A DNA stretch of 64,000 nt, taken from positions 43,652-107,651 of the forward strand of contig CABYZG010000002.1 of the NCBI GenBank assembly GCA_902523455.1, written 5' to 3'. This stretch comes from an uncultured Pelagibacteraceae bacterium. GTDB lineage: Bacteria > Pseudomonadota > Alphaproteobacteria > Pelagibacterales > AG-422-B15. A model generated the notes under the pieces. That model was not told the origin of the DNA, did not search any database, and saw only the letters and a program-made list of their open reading frames with translations. This document shows, piece by piece, positions 51,816 to 62,431 of this stretch (positions are counted from its first letter, which is position 1; every line of letters begins with the position of its first letter). The position numbers and the translations under genes were made by a program.

Positions 51816-52521
51816 TTAAAATTTGTTTTTGCGTTTGGATGATCTCAGAGATCCCTGATTTTGCAAGCTCCAACATTGCATTAAATGACCTCTCTTCACA
51901 AAGCTTCTTTTCCGAAGTCATCTGTACTTCAACTAGTTTACCACTTTCTGTTATTACAAAATTTGCATCTACTTCAGCATTTTGATCTTCCTCAAAATCT
52001 AAGTCTAAATAAGGTTCACCATTTATAATTCCACAGCTGATTGCGGCAACATATTCACTAATTGGATTTTTTTTTATAATTTTTTTATTAAGCATATGAT
52101 TTATGCATAATTGAAGTGCGATAAATGATCCTGAAATTGAAGCGGTTCTTGTTCCACCATCTGCTTGAATAACATCACAATCTATTATTATTTGTAATTC
52201 TCTTAAATCTTCTAAATTAACTATAGATCTTAATGATCTTCCAATTAGTCTTTGTATTTCCTGTGTCCTACCAGATTGTTTACCTTTGGCGGCCTCTCTA
52301 GACATTCTCTCAGAAGTTGATCTTGGTAACATCCCGTATTCTGCTGTTACCCACCCAGTCTCTGAATTTTTTAACCATCTTGGTAAATTTCTATCAAGCG
52401 ATGCACTGCAGATTACATGCGTATCGCCACATTTAATTAAGCATGAGCCTTCCGGATTGTATGAAAAATTAGGAATTATTTCTATATTTCTTAATTGGTT
52501 AATATTTCTATTATTTCTCAT
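51808..52521 (-). CDS. rph: Ribonuclease PH
   Basis: GWVTAEYGMLPRST, GRTQEIQRLIGRSLR, DGGTRTASI, EVQ. Confidence 0.97.
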   Translation of the reverse strand: MRNNRNINQLRNIEIIPNFSYNPEGSCLIKCGDTHVICSASLDRNLPRWLKNSETGWVTAEYGMLPRSTSERMSREAAKGKQSGRTQEIQRLIGRSLRSIVNLEDLRELQIIIDCDVIQADGGTRTASISGSFIALQLCINHMLNKKIIKKNPISEYVAAISCGIINGEPYLDLDFEEDQNAEVDANFVITESGKLVEVQMTSEKKLCEERSFNAMLELAKSGISEIIQTQKQILSD

Positions 52522-52580
52522 TGAGTGATAAATTATACTATGTATTGACGAAAATAATATAGATCATTACATAATTAAAT

Positions 52581-53135
52581 ATGGCCAAAAATAAAAATAA
52601 AAAAAATTTAGAGCCCAAGCCAGCTAAAGTAGATGAAAATTCTGAAGTAAAAACAGAAGATGCGGGTGCTGATGATAATGATAAGCTGAAAGAGCTTGAA
52701 AGTAGGCTTCTAACAAGCCTGGCTGAAAATGAAAATCTAAGAAAAAGATTTGATAGAGAAAAAGAGGACTTAAGCAATTATGTGATTTCAAATTTCGCAA
52801 AAGAGATACTATCAGTTCTCGATAATCTACAAAGAGCTATAGCTTCAGTTAAAGTTAAAGAAGTAAAAGAAAAATCAGACAGTCTTTCACAACTATTTGA
52901 GGGAATTGAGCTTACCGAAAAACAAATTATATCTACTTTTGAAAGATTTAAGATTGAACAAATTAAATCACTGGGTGAGCAATTTGATCCAAATATCCAC
53001 CAAGCGATGTTTGAAGTTGAAAAGGATGATCAAGAAACAGGAACTGTTGCTGAGGTTGTTCAAGAAGGATACAAAATTGGAGATAGACTTCTAAGACCAG
53101 CACTTGTAGGCGTGGTAAAGAAAAAAGTTAAATAA
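52581..53135 (+). CDS. grpE: Nucleotide exchange factor GrpE
   Basis: LAENENLRKR, FDPNIHQAM, QEGYKIGDRLLRPALVGV. Confidence 0.97.
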   Translation: MAKNKNKKNLEPKPAKVDENSEVKTEDAGADDNDKLKELESRLLTSLAENENLRKRFDREKEDLSNYVISNFAKEILSVLDNLQRAIASVKVKEVKEKSDSLSQLFEGIELTEKQIISTFERFKIEQIKSLGEQFDPNIHQAMFEVEKDDQETGTVAEVVQEGYKIGDRLLRPALVGVVKKKVK

Positions 53136-53196
53136 TATCAATAGGATAGTATAATAATAATTAACAATCTCATTTTACTCTTTTTTTAAGTAAGGG

Positions 53197-53224
53197 GTTG
53201 TACTGCAAAATCAACTACCCATAT
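53197..53224 (+). promoter_or_regulatory. Putative RpoH (sigma32) promoter for dnaK-dnaJ
   Basis: GTTGTA-N15-CCCATAT, compared with the alphaproteobacterial RpoH consensus CTTGAA-N15/16-CCTATAT; 30 nt upstream of the dnaK ATG. Confidence 0.6.
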
Positions 53225-53254
53225 ATAGAACAAATATTAATTCAGAGTAAGAAT

Positions 53255-55180
53255 ATGGCAAAGGTAATAGGAATAGATTTAGGCACTACAAATAGTTGTA
53301 TCTCAATAATGGATGGAAAGGACCCTAAGGTTATTGAAAATGCTGAAGGATCTAGAACTACGCCTTCAATTATAAGTTTTGGAAGTGACGAAGAAAAGTT
53401 AGTTGGACAACCTGCAAAAAGGCAAGGCGTCACAAACCCTGAAAATACATTTTTTGCGATCAAGAGACTTATAGGCAGGTCGTTCGAAGACCCAATGGTC
53501 AAAAAAGATGCTGACATGGTGCCTTTTAAAATCATTAAATCTGAAAATGGTGATGCATGGGTAGAGTCAGGATCTGAAAAATACTCACCTTCTCAAATTT
53601 CTGCCTTTGTACTTCAAAAGTTAAAAGAAGATGCAGAAAGGTATTTGGGAGAAAAAGTTGAAAAAGCAGTCATCACTGTTCCTGCTTACTTTAATGATGC
53701 TCAAAGACAAGCTACTAAAGATGCTGGTAAAATAGCTGGACTTGAGGTTGAAAGAATAGTCAATGAGCCAACTGCTGCTGCACTAGCATATGGTTTAGAT
53801 AAGAAGGATGGCAAAACTATTGCTGTATATGATTTAGGTGGTGGTACTTTTGATATTTCAATCTTAGAAATTGGTGATGGAGTTTTTGAAGTAAAGTCAA
53901 CTAATGGTGATACATTTTTAGGTGGTGAGGACTTTGACACTCGTCTTTTAAATTATCTTGCTGAAGAATTTAAGAAAGAAAATAATATTGACCTTACTCA
54001 GGATAAATTAGCGCTTCAAAGATTGAAAGAATCTGCTGAGAAGGCTAAGATCGAATTATCTTCAACATCTCAAACAGAAATTAATTTACCATTTATTACA
54101 GCTGATCAGTCAGGCCCTAAGCATTTAAATATCAAGGTAACAAGAGCAAAGCTTGAAACACTTGTTGATGATTTAATTGAAAAAACAATTAAACCATGTG
54201 ATGCCGCTCTCAAGGATGCCGGTTTGAGTGCCGGTGAAATTGACGAGGTAGTCTTGGTTGGTGGAATGACAAGAATGCCAAAAGTTATAGAGACTGTTAA
54301 AAACTTTTTTGGTAAAGAACCAAATAAAGGTGTGAACCCAGACGAAGTTGTTGCACAAGGTGCAGCTATTCAAGCCGGTATTCTTCAAGGGGATGTTAAG
54401 GATGTATTACTACTTGATGTTACACCTCTATCTCTTGGTATTGAAACTCTTGGTGGCGTCTTTACAAAATTAATTGATAAAAATACAACAATTCCAACAA
54501 AAAAAAGTCAGGTATTTTCAACTGCTGATGACAATCAAACTGCTGTAACAATACGAGTGTGTCAGGGTGAGAGAGAAATGGCTGCTGATAATAAATTACT
54601 TGGTAACTTTGACTTAGTAGGCATACCACCTGCGCCTAGGGGTGTTCCTCAAATTGAAGTAACATTTGATATTGACGCCAATGGAATTGTAAATGTTTCT
54701 GCAAAAGACAAAGGTACAGGAAAAGAACAACAAATTAAAATACAAGCATCGGGTGGTTTGAGTGAAGAAGAGATCGACAAAATGGTCAAGGAAGCTGAAG
54801 CCAACGCGGAAGCAGATAAGAAAAAGCGAGAAGGCGTTGATGTTAAAAACCAAGCAGACACAATGATACACTCTGCAGAGAAAAATCTAAAGGAATTTGG
54901 TGATAAGGTTTCTGAGCAAGAAAAGAATACAATTGAAAACGATATTAAGGCTTTAAAAGAAGCTGTTGCTTCAGATGACACCGATAAGATTAAAAGTGGA
55001 CTTGAAGCATTAACTCAATCGTCTATGAAATTAGGTGAAGCAATGTATAAGGCTCAACAACAAGATGCTCCTAATCCAAACGAGCCATCTGACAATACAG
55101 CTGCTGGATCAGACCAGAATAATGAAAAAGTTGTTGATGCTGAATTCGAGGAAGTCAAAGAAGATAATAAGCAATCGTAA
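53255..55180 (+). CDS. dnaK: Chaperone DnaK (true start ATG 53255; the ORF-track extension from 53198 runs through the promoter)
   Basis: [40 protein letters not shown]-terminal VVDAEFEEV. Confidence 0.99.
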   Translation: MAKVIGIDLGTTNSCISIMDGKDPKVIENAEGSRTTPSIISFGSDEEKLVGQPAKRQGVTNPENTFFAIKRLIGRSFEDPMVKKDADMVPFKIIKSENGDAWVESGSEKYSPSQISAFVLQKLKEDAERYLGEKVEKAVITVPAYFNDAQRQATKDAGKIAGLEVERIVNEPTAAALAYGLDKKDGKTIAVYDLGGGTFDISILEIGDGVFEVKSTNGDTFLGGEDFDTRLLNYLAEEFKKENNIDLTQDKLALQRLKESAEKAKIELSSTSQTEINLPFITADQSGPKHLNIKVTRAKLETLVDDLIEKTIKPCDAALKDAGLSAGEIDEVVLVGGMTRMPKVIETVKNFFGKEPNKGVNPDEVVAQGAAIQAGILQGDVKDVLLLDVTPLSLGIETLGGVFTKLIDKNTTIPTKKSQVFSTADDNQTAVTIRVCQGEREMAADNKLLGNFDLVGIPPAPRGVPQIEVTFDIDANGIVNVSAKDKGTGKEQQIKIQASGGLSEEEIDKMVKEAEANAEADKKKREGVDVKNQADTMIHSAEKNLKEFGDKVSEQEKNTIENDIKALKEAVASDDTDKIKSGLEALTQSSMKLGEAMYKAQQQDAPNPNEPSDNTAAGSDQNNEKVVDAEFEEVKEDNKQS

Positions 55181-55192
55181 GCAGGTAAGCTT

Positions 55193-56329
55193 ATGTCAAA
55201 AAGAGACTATTATGAAGTTCTTGGCGTTTCCAAGTCAGCTGATGACTCAGAAATAAAAAAAGCCTACAGAAAATTAGCAATGAAATATCATCCTGATCGT
55301 AATCAGGGTGATGCAGACGCGGAAGTTAAATTCAAAGAGGCGAGTGAGGCATACGCTGTACTTCATGATAAAGAAAAACGTTCAGCTTACGACCAGTTTG
55401 GTCATGCGGCAGTGGATGGTAATACAGGCCAAGGTGGTTTTGGTTTTGATTTTAATTCATCAGCTTTTCAAGATATTTTTGAAGACTTTTTTGGAGACTC
55501 ATCTTTTTTTGGTGGTGGAGGAAATCGTAGAAGAAAAACAAATAATCGTGGCTCAGACTTAAGATATGATATTGCTGTTAGTCTTGAAGAAGCTTTTAAT
55601 GGTAAAAAATTTAAAGTAAAAATTCCAACTCAAGTTCAATGCGATTCTTGTTCAGGTTCTGGCGCGTCTCAAGGAAGTCAGCCAGTAACTTGTCAGTCAT
55701 GTGGAGGCAGGGGACAGATTCGCTCGCAGCAGGGGTTTTTTTCAATTCAACAAACTTGTCCAACTTGTCAGGGAAGTGGTTCAACTATTTCAGATCCATG
55801 CAGACCATGTAGCGGAACTGGGAGAACGCAGAAAACAAAGAGTTTGATGGTGAAAATACCAAAAGGCGTTGATGACGGTTCTAGAATAAGACTATCTGGA
55901 GAAGGTGAAGCGGGTCTAAACGGCGGGCAGCAGGGCGACCTGTATATATTTGTAAATGTAAATGAGCACGAAATATTTGCTCGTGAGAATGAAAATTTAT
56001 TTGCTGAGGTCCCAATATCTATGGTCGATGCTGCTGTTGGCGGCGCTATTGACATACCGACAATAGATGGCGGTAAAGCAAGGCTAAAAATACCTCAAGG
56101 TACTCAATCTGGTGACCAATTCAGATTAAAATCAAAAGGCATGCCTAATGTTCGCAACGGTTATTTAGGTGATTTGTATATTCAGGCAAAAGTTGAAACA
56201 CCAGTAAATTTAAGTAAGAAGCAAATTGAAATATTGAAATCCTTTCAAGAAACCAGTGATCAAAATGAGAGTCCTTTAGCATCGGCATTTTTCAAAAAAG
56301 CTAAGGATTTTTGGAAAACAAAAGCTTAA
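55193..56329 (+). CDS. dnaJ: Chaperone DnaJ
   Basis: J-domain with HPD, G/F region with DIF, four CxxCxGxG repeats. Confidence 0.98.
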   Translation: MSKRDYYEVLGVSKSADDSEIKKAYRKLAMKYHPDRNQGDADAEVKFKEASEAYAVLHDKEKRSAYDQFGHAAVDGNTGQGGFGFDFNSSAFQDIFEDFFGDSSFFGGGGNRRRKTNNRGSDLRYDIAVSLEEAFNGKKFKVKIPTQVQCDSCSGSGASQGSQPVTCQSCGGRGQIRSQQGFFSIQQTCPTCQGSGSTISDPCRPCSGTGRTQKTKSLMVKIPKGVDDGSRIRLSGEGEAGLNGGQQGDLYIFVNVNEHEIFARENENLFAEVPISMVDAAVGGAIDIPTIDGGKARLKIPQGTQSGDQFRLKSKGMPNVRNGYLGDLYIQAKVETPVNLSKKQIEILKSFQETSDQNESPLASAFFKKAKDFWKTKA

Positions 56330-56368
56330 AAAACTTACTTTTTCAATTATTTCGATTATCCTAAATTA

Positions 56369-57178
56369 ATGAAAAAAATAAAAATTGTCATAACTGGCGT
56401 AACCGGACGCATGGGAATGCAAATCGCTAAAAGAGTTTTGAAAGATAAATCACTTGTTTTATATGGTGCAACCGAGAGAAGTGGGCATAAAGCTATTGGC
56501 AAGGATTTAGGTCAATTACTCAAAACGAAAAAATTAAAAATTAAAGTCACAGATAATATAATTCCATTATTTGCTAAAACTGACGCTGTTATTGACTTCA
56601 CAACTCCTGAAGCAACTATCATGCATACAAAATACGCAGCTCAAGCAAGAATAGTACATATAATTGGAACTACAGGTTTTAATAGCTCTCAATTAAAAAA
56701 AATTAAACTCGCTGCGCAGCATGCAACAATCATAAAATCAGGTAATATGAGTTTAGGTATAAACCTAATAAATAAATTAATTAAAATAAGTTCCTCAAGT
56801 TTAAAAAATGATTTTGACACAATAATAAACGAAACGCATCATCGACATAAAGTTGATGCACCTTCAGGCACTGCAGTAATGATGGGGCAAGCTGCAGCAG
56901 AAGGTAAAAATAAAAAATTTGAAAAAATTAAAAAAATCTCTCGTCTAAACATAAAGACTAAAATTACTAAAGATAAGATTGTAATTTCATCCTTCCGCAA
57001 AGGTGAAGTAATTGGTGATCACGAAATTATTTTTTCAAGCAGGGATGAGGATATTACTATCAAGCATACAGCGAAAGATAGGGGTATTTTTGCTAACGGA
57101 GCAATACAAGCTGTGAAATGGGGCGTGAACAAAAAACCCGGCCTGTTTGACATGTCGGATGTGCTAAATATAAGTTAG
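56369..57178 (+). CDS. dapB: 4-hydroxy-tetrahydrodipicolinate reductase
   Basis: GVTGRMG, IDFT, IGTTG, ETHHRHKVDAPSGTA, GEVIGDH. Confidence 0.97.
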   Translation: MKKIKIVITGVTGRMGMQIAKRVLKDKSLVLYGATERSGHKAIGKDLGQLLKTKKLKIKVTDNIIPLFAKTDAVIDFTTPEATIMHTKYAAQARIVHIIGTTGFNSSQLKKIKLAAQHATIIKSGNMSLGINLINKLIKISSSSLKNDFDTIINETHHRHKVDAPSGTAVMMGQAAAEGKNKKFEKIKKISRLNIKTKITKDKIVISSFRKGEVIGDHEIIFSSRDEDITIKHTAKDRGIFANGAIQAVKWGVNKKPGLFDMSDVLNIS

Positions 57179-57195
57179 GTTGAAAAAGAACCATA

Positions 57196-57849
57196 ATGTT
57201 AAAGGCTGATAAGGCAAAAAAAATTATTAGTATTTTAAATAAAATTTATCCCGAAACCCCAATTCCACTAAATCATAAAAATAATTTTGAATTATTAATT
57301 TCTGTTCTTCTAAGTGCGCAGTGTACAGATAAAAGGGTCAATGAAGTAACTCCATTGCTTTTTAAGAAAGCAAATAATCCTGCGAAAATGGAGAAGCTGC
57401 CAGTCAAAACCATTTATAATATTGTGAGACCCTGTGGTCTTGCTCCACAAAAATCGAAAGCTATCTCAAAGCTATCAAAAATATTAATGAAAAATTATAG
57501 TGGTAAGGTTCCAGAAACTTTTGAAGATTTAGAGGCGCTTCCTGGAGTAGGGCATAAAACAGCTAGTGTTGTAATGTCACAAGGTTTTGGTCACCCAGCA
57601 TTTCCTGTTGATACTCATATTCATCGACTTGCCCAAAGATGGGGGTTAACAAGTGGTAAGAGTGTAAAGCAAACTGAACATGATTTAAAAAAAATATTTC
57701 CCGAAAAACTATGGAACAAGTTACATTTACAAATAATATTTTATGGAAGGGAATATTGTGAAGCTCGAAGTTGTTTTGGAATAGAGTGTAAAATATGTAA
57801 AACTTGTTATCCAACTAGAAAAAAGCCAATTAAAACAAAAAAAGCATAG
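57196..57849 (+). CDS. nth: Endonuclease III (HhH-GPD), atypical C-terminal Cys spacing
   Basis: LISVLLSAQCTDKRVN, LPGVGHKTA, FPVDTHIHRL. Confidence 0.93.
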   Translation: MLKADKAKKIISILNKIYPETPIPLNHKNNFELLISVLLSAQCTDKRVNEVTPLLFKKANNPAKMEKLPVKTIYNIVRPCGLAPQKSKAISKLSKILMKNYSGKVPETFEDLEALPGVGHKTASVVMSQGFGHPAFPVDTHIHRLAQRWGLTSGKSVKQTEHDLKKIFPEKLWNKLHLQIIFYGREYCEARSCFGIECKICKTCYPTRKKPIKTKKA

Positions 57850-57908
57850 ATGGTTATAAAAATAAAACACCTTTAACTGTCTATTGTTTGCTGATAACTT
57901 TATTCATT

Positions 57909-58640
57909 ATGATTAATAGAGAAGTAGCACTCATTATTGGCGCGGGTGACAGCCTTGGATCTGCAGTAGCGAGAGTATTTGCACAAAATAACTTCATTAC
58001 AGTAGTTGCTAGAAGGAACGGGGATCAATTATCGCCACTTAAAGAAGAAATAGAAAAAAATGGCGGAAAGTGTTTCGCATATAGTTTAGACGCAAGAAAA
58101 GAAGAAGATGTAATTAACTTTATTAATAAGATTGAAACAGAGATTGGTGAAATTAATGTGGCCGTATACAACATTGGAGCCAACATTCGTTTCAACATTT
58201 TAGAAACAACCTCGAAAAAATATTATAAAGTATGGGAAATGGCGACTTTTGGAGCATTTCTAATGGGAAGAGAAGTAACAAGAAAAATGATACCAAGAAA
58301 AAAAGGGACAATCATATTTACCGGCGCGACAGCAAGTATAAGAGGTAAAGAAGGATTTGCTGCATTCTCCAGTGCTAAACAAGCGAAAAGAGCTTTGGCG
58401 CAAAGTATGGCGAAAGAATTAGCACCAAAAGGTATTCATGTCGCTCATGTTATTGTTGATGGAGCAATTGATACGCCGTGGGTGAATAAGCTTTTTCCTG
58501 AGTATGTCAAAGAAAAGAAAAAAATTGATGGTTTGATGAAGCCAGATGATATTGCGCGAAACTACTTGATGATACATAATCAACCAAAAAATGCGTGGAC
58601 GTTTGAGTTAGATTTACGTCCTTGGGTGGAGACATGGTGA
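57909..58640 (+). CDS. Short-chain dehydrogenase/reductase (likely start ATG 57909)
   Basis: IIGAGDSLG, VYNIGAN, IFTGATAS, FSSAK (Phe in place of the catalytic Tyr), HVIVDG, WTFELDLRP. Confidence 0.85.
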   Translation: MINREVALIIGAGDSLGSAVARVFAQNNFITVVARRNGDQLSPLKEEIEKNGGKCFAYSLDARKEEDVINFINKIETEIGEINVAVYNIGANIRFNILETTSKKYYKVWEMATFGAFLMGREVTRKMIPRKKGTIIFTGATASIRGKEGFAAFSSAKQAKRALAQSMAKELAPKGIHVAHVIVDGAIDTPWVNKLFPEYVKEKKKIDGLMKPDDIARNYLMIHNQPKNAWTFELDLRPWVETW

Positions 58641-59587
58641 GTCAAGAATTTGACATTGTTGGTATAGGAAATGCAATTGTAGATGTAATCACCGATGTCA
58701 ATGATGAATTTATAAATCAACAAGAGCTAAGAAAAGGGCTTATGTCACTTGTAGATTTAGATACTATCAAATCCCTATCAAACAAAATTGAGATAAAAGC
58801 TAATGTCTCTGGAGGATCAGTCGCAAACTCAATCGTTGCATTAGCTCAAAATAATATCAAAACTGCTTTCATCGGCAAAGTAGGTAAAGACGAAGTTGGA
58901 AATTCATTCATTCGAGGTCTTGAAAAAGAAAAAGTTGTTTTTGCAAATAAAGCCCGATCAGATGAAAGTGAAACTGGAAGATGTCTAGTAATGGTAACGC
59001 CAGATGCACAACGAACAATGAGTACATATTTAGGAATTTCTCAAAAACTAAAATCAAATGATATCAATGAGGATGTTATAGCGCAGTCAAAAATTACTTA
59101 TCTTGAGGGATACCTTTGGGATCTTGATGATGCACAAGAAGCAATTAAAAAAGCAATAAAAATTTCTAAAGAGGCAAACAGGTTAGTTGCATTTAGTGTG
59201 TCTGATGTTTTTTGCGTTGAACGATTTAGAGAAAGTTTTTTAAATCTAGTTAATAATGAAGCTGATATAATTTTTGCAAATGAAGAAGAAATTAAATCGC
59301 TTTATCAAAAGGATAGTCTTAATGATTGTCTCGAAATTATAAATCAGCATGATAAAATATTTGCTATCACACTTGGTGAAAAAGGTGCTATGATTGCTAA
59401 TAAAGATCAGCTTATACAAATAAAAGCTCAGCAAATTGAAAATTTGGTCGATACTACTGGAGCAGGAGATCTATTTGCTGCAGGCTTCTTACTTGGATAC
59501 ATAAATGGTGAAAATTTAGAACAGTGTGGGAATGAAGGTGTAACATTCGCCTCTAAAATAATACAAATCTACGGAGCAAGGTTATGA
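58634..59587 (+). CDS. PfkB-family adenosine/inosine kinase (likely start ATG 58634 with SD GGAGA)
   Basis: GIGNAIVD, GGSVANS, RTMSTYLG, LEGYLWD, DTTGAGDLFAAGF. Confidence 0.92.
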   Translation: MVSQEFDIVGIGNAIVDVITDVNDEFINQQELRKGLMSLVDLDTIKSLSNKIEIKANVSGGSVANSIVALAQNNIKTAFIGKVGKDEVGNSFIRGLEKEKVVFANKARSDESETGRCLVMVTPDAQRTMSTYLGISQKLKSNDINEDVIAQSKITYLEGYLWDLDDAQEAIKKAIKISKEANRLVAFSVSDVFCVERFRESFLNLVNNEADIIFANEEEIKSLYQKDSLNDCLEIINQHDKIFAITLGEKGAMIANKDQLIQIKAQQIENLVDTTGAGDLFAAGFLLGYINGENLEQCGNEGVTFASKIIQIYGARL

Positions 59588-60435
59588 GCAAAAAATCTAT
59601 TATGATAACAGGTGTCTCTACTGGTATTGGTCTAGGAACACTTAGTTATTTTGTGAAAAACGGTTTTCACGTTTATGGAAGTATTCGTAATTCAAAAGAT
59701 GCAAATAGATTAAGAAAAATTTATAAAGATAATTTTACACCTCTAATATTTGATGTAACAAAAGAAGCTCAGCTAAAAAAGGCTGTCACATTTTTGAAAA
59801 AAGATCTTAAGAGTTCAAATCTTCTTGCTTTAGTTAATAACGCAGGTGTAGCAATATCTGGCCCTCTATTGCATCAAAAAGTGAAGGATTTTGAAAAACA
59901 AATTGATATTAATTTAAATGGTGCATTTAGAGTCATAAAGTATTTTGCGCCATTATGTGGAGCGGAAAAAAATAATAATTCAAAGAAGGGTGTAATTTTT
60001 AATATAAGTTCAATTTCTGGAAAAATTGGAATGCCTGGTGTTGGAGCATATACTGCATCTAAATTTGGATTAGAAGGTTTAAGTCATAGTTTAAGAAGAG
60101 AATTGATAAGATACGGAGTTGATGTTGTAGTTATTGGTCCAGGTCCAATAAAAACTGAAATTTTTGATAAAATTGACAAAAAATTTTTACAAAGCCTCAA
60201 AAAAACCGATTATGCAAACGAAGCTAAGGGAATACCTAAAAGAATGAAAAATGCTAAGAAGATTGCCTTTCCGGCTGAAGAGGTTGGAAAATTAATCTTT
60301 AATGCGCTACATAATCCAAATAGAAAAACACGGTATACTATTACACCAAGTAGAATGATGTATTGGACTCTTCCGATGTTATTGCCTGACAGATTCTTAG
60401 ATCAGCTAATTAGAAGAAGGTCTGGGCTCCAATAA
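59584..60435 (+). CDS. Classical short-chain dehydrogenase/reductase
   Basis: ITGVSTGIG, LVNNAG, ISSISG, YTASK. Confidence 0.9.
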   Translation: MSKKSIMITGVSTGIGLGTLSYFVKNGFHVYGSIRNSKDANRLRKIYKDNFTPLIFDVTKEAQLKKAVTFLKKDLKSSNLLALVNNAGVAISGPLLHQKVKDFEKQIDINLNGAFRVIKYFAPLCGAEKNNNSKKGVIFNISSISGKIGMPGVGAYTASKFGLEGLSHSLRRELIRYGVDVVVIGPGPIKTEIFDKIDKKFLQSLKKTDYANEAKGIPKRMKNAKKIAFPAEEVGKLIFNALHNPNRKTRYTITPSRMMYWTLPMLLPDRFLDQLIRRRSGLQ

Positions 60436-61401
60436 TTCATTTATCTTTTCAATAACTCTTTCTACAGGTATTAAAGACATTTCTTTACCACCATAATCAT
60501 TTGATGAAATAAAATGAATATTCTCAAAATCATTATTAATAAATTTCTGTGCATTAGTTGGGCCACATAACTTTAATAATGGACATAAATTAGTTGCCAG
60601 CATATTAGAGGTGCCACTATCATTCCCAATAGCACAACTTAAAAATTGAGTTGATGCCATAACAATTTCAACTCCGGATACATCTTTTAAAATATCTTCA
60701 GGAAAAATGATTTTGCTATTAAATTTTAATATTTCTCTTTTCAAATTTTTTTCTAAAGGTCCAAGAAAAAATACTGGTTTTAAACCTTTTTTTTCAAAAT
60801 ATTCAGCAACCATTAAATAATTTTTAAGACTCCATATTTTTTCCTTTTGCCCTGCACCAGGGGCAAAACCAATGTATCTTTCATCTTTAATGAATATTTT
60901 TGTAAGCATGCTTTTTACATTTTCGGGTATTTCTAATTTAAATTTTTTTTCACCTCGAAAGGTGGAAACTAAATCTAACATTTGTAAAATATTACGAACA
61001 TAGAAAGTATTTTTTTTATATCCTATTTTTGGTTTTACATCTGAAAAAATCCAATTAGCAGTTGCTGAAACAAATTGTTTTGTCTTAATTCTTTTTAGAG
61101 CAATTGTTCTTAACAAAGTTTTTTGGGTATCAATAATAATGTCGAACTCAAGATTCTCTAGCTCATACTTATCAGAAATATTATTCCAGAAATATGGACT
61201 TAGGTTTGATTGGCTCCAAATTACATCAATATAATTTCTTACAAATTTGTTTAATACTGAGTCATAAACTGTTTTAATTTTATCAGTTGCCCAATAAATT
61301 TGATAATTAGGAAACCTTGCTCTCAATTGATATATAAAAACAAGTTTTAAGATTCCATCTCCAATTTGTTCTCCAATACTAAAGATCAATACTTTTTTCA
61401 C
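60406..61401 (-). CDS. Glycosyltransferase family 9 (heptosyltransferase-like)
   Basis: IGDGIL, GFAPGAG..KIW, IGNDSG, GPT. Confidence 0.82.
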   Translation of the reverse strand: MKKVLIFSIGEQIGDGILKLVFIYQLRARFPNYQIYWATDKIKTVYDSVLNKFVRNYIDVIWSQSNLSPYFWNNISDKYELENLEFDIIIDTQKTLLRTIALKRIKTKQFVSATANWIFSDVKPKIGYKKNTFYVRNILQMLDLVSTFRGEKKFKLEIPENVKSMLTKIFIKDERYIGFAPGAGQKEKIWSLKNYLMVAEYFEKKGLKPVFFLGPLEKNLKREILKFNSKIIFPEDILKDVSGVEIVMASTQFLSCAIGNDSGTSNMLATNLCPLLKLCGPTNAQKFINNDFENIHFISSNDYGGKEMSLIPVERVIEKINELLEPRPSSN

Positions 61402-61411
61402 TATGAAATTG

Positions 61412-62431
61412 TTAATTTGGTTCAGATATTTTAATAATTAACTTACCCTCATTTTCTCCAGAAAATAATTTTTTTATTGCACTACCTGCATTTTCAATTC
61501 CTGGAATGATATGATTTTTATATTTAATTTTATCATCTTTAAGCCATTGAGTAATATCTTGATATGCCTCCATATATCTTTTGAAATAGTCAAAAACAAT
61601 AAAGCCTTTTAGTTTTATTCTTTTAATAAGTAAATTTCCCCATGCCGGACCTGGTACAATTGACTCGGCATTATACCCTGAGATAAGGCCGCAAAGACTT
61701 ATTCTTCCATTGATATTCATGCGAGTTAAGACTGCCTCAGTAATGCTACCACCTACATTTTCAAAATATATATCTATTCCATCAGGACAATTTTCTTTGA
61801 GTTTTTTTCTAAGATTTTCAGATTTATAATTAATCGCAGAATCAATACCTAGTTCATCAACAAGCCATTTGCATTTTGTATCTGAGCCTGCAATCCCTAC
61901 TACTTTACAACCTTTAATTTTACCTATTTGACATACAATTGATCCAACGGCACCTGCTGCTGCAGAAACAACTAGAGTTTCGCCAGGCTGTGGATCGGTT
62001 ATATCAAGCAAACCAAAGTAAGCTGTAAGGCCTGTCATTCCTAAGATACTCATATAACTGTCAAGGGGAAAGCCTGTGCCTTGGGGAATTTGCCTGACAC
62101 CTTTTCCATCGCTTACACAATACTGCTGCCATCCGCCCATACAATTAACAATTTCACCTTTTTTAAATTTTTCATTTTTACTCTCTTCGATTATACCAAT
62201 TGTGCCACCTCTCATGGTGTCTCCAGTTTGCATCGCGTCAACATAAGATTTTTGTCCACTCATCCACCCGCGATTTGCTGGATCCAAAGAGAGATATATG
62301 TTTCTTATTAATATTTGACTATCTGAAAGACTGGAAACTTCATTTTCCTCCAAAACTAAGTCCCCTTCACTAATTTCACCAACTGGAAATTTTTTTAAAA
62401 TCCATTGTTTATTTTTCATTATTATCTCCAA
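61412..62431 (-). CDS. NADP-dependent alkenal/double-bond reductase (CurA/YncB/prostaglandin reductase family); start may be 62419
   Basis: YLSLDPANRGWM, LGMTGLTAYFGL, VSAAAGAVGS, YFENVGG, CGLISGY. Confidence 0.92.
   Translation of the reverse strand: MEIIMKNKQWILKKFPVGEISEGDLVLEENEVSSLSDSQILIRNIYLSLDPANRGWMSGQKSYVDAMQTGDTMRGGTIGIIEESKNEKFKKGEIVNCMGGWQQYCVSDGKGVRQIPQGTGFPLDSYMSILGMTGLTAYFGLLDITDPQPGETLVVSAAAGAVGSIVCQIGKIKGCKVVGIAGSDTKCKWLVDELGIDSAINYKSENLRKKLKENCPDGIDIYFENVGGSITEAVLTRMNINGRISLCGLISGYNAESIVPGPAWGNLLIKRIKLKGFIVFDYFKRYMEAYQDITQWLKDDKIKYKNHIIPGIENAGSAIKKLFSGENEGKLIIKISEPN

Noticed and set aside
53198-53254. 19-aa N-terminal extension of DnaK in the ORF track
   Set aside because: It runs through the RpoH-like promoter; canonical DnaK begins at ATG 53255 ([12 protein letters not shown]).
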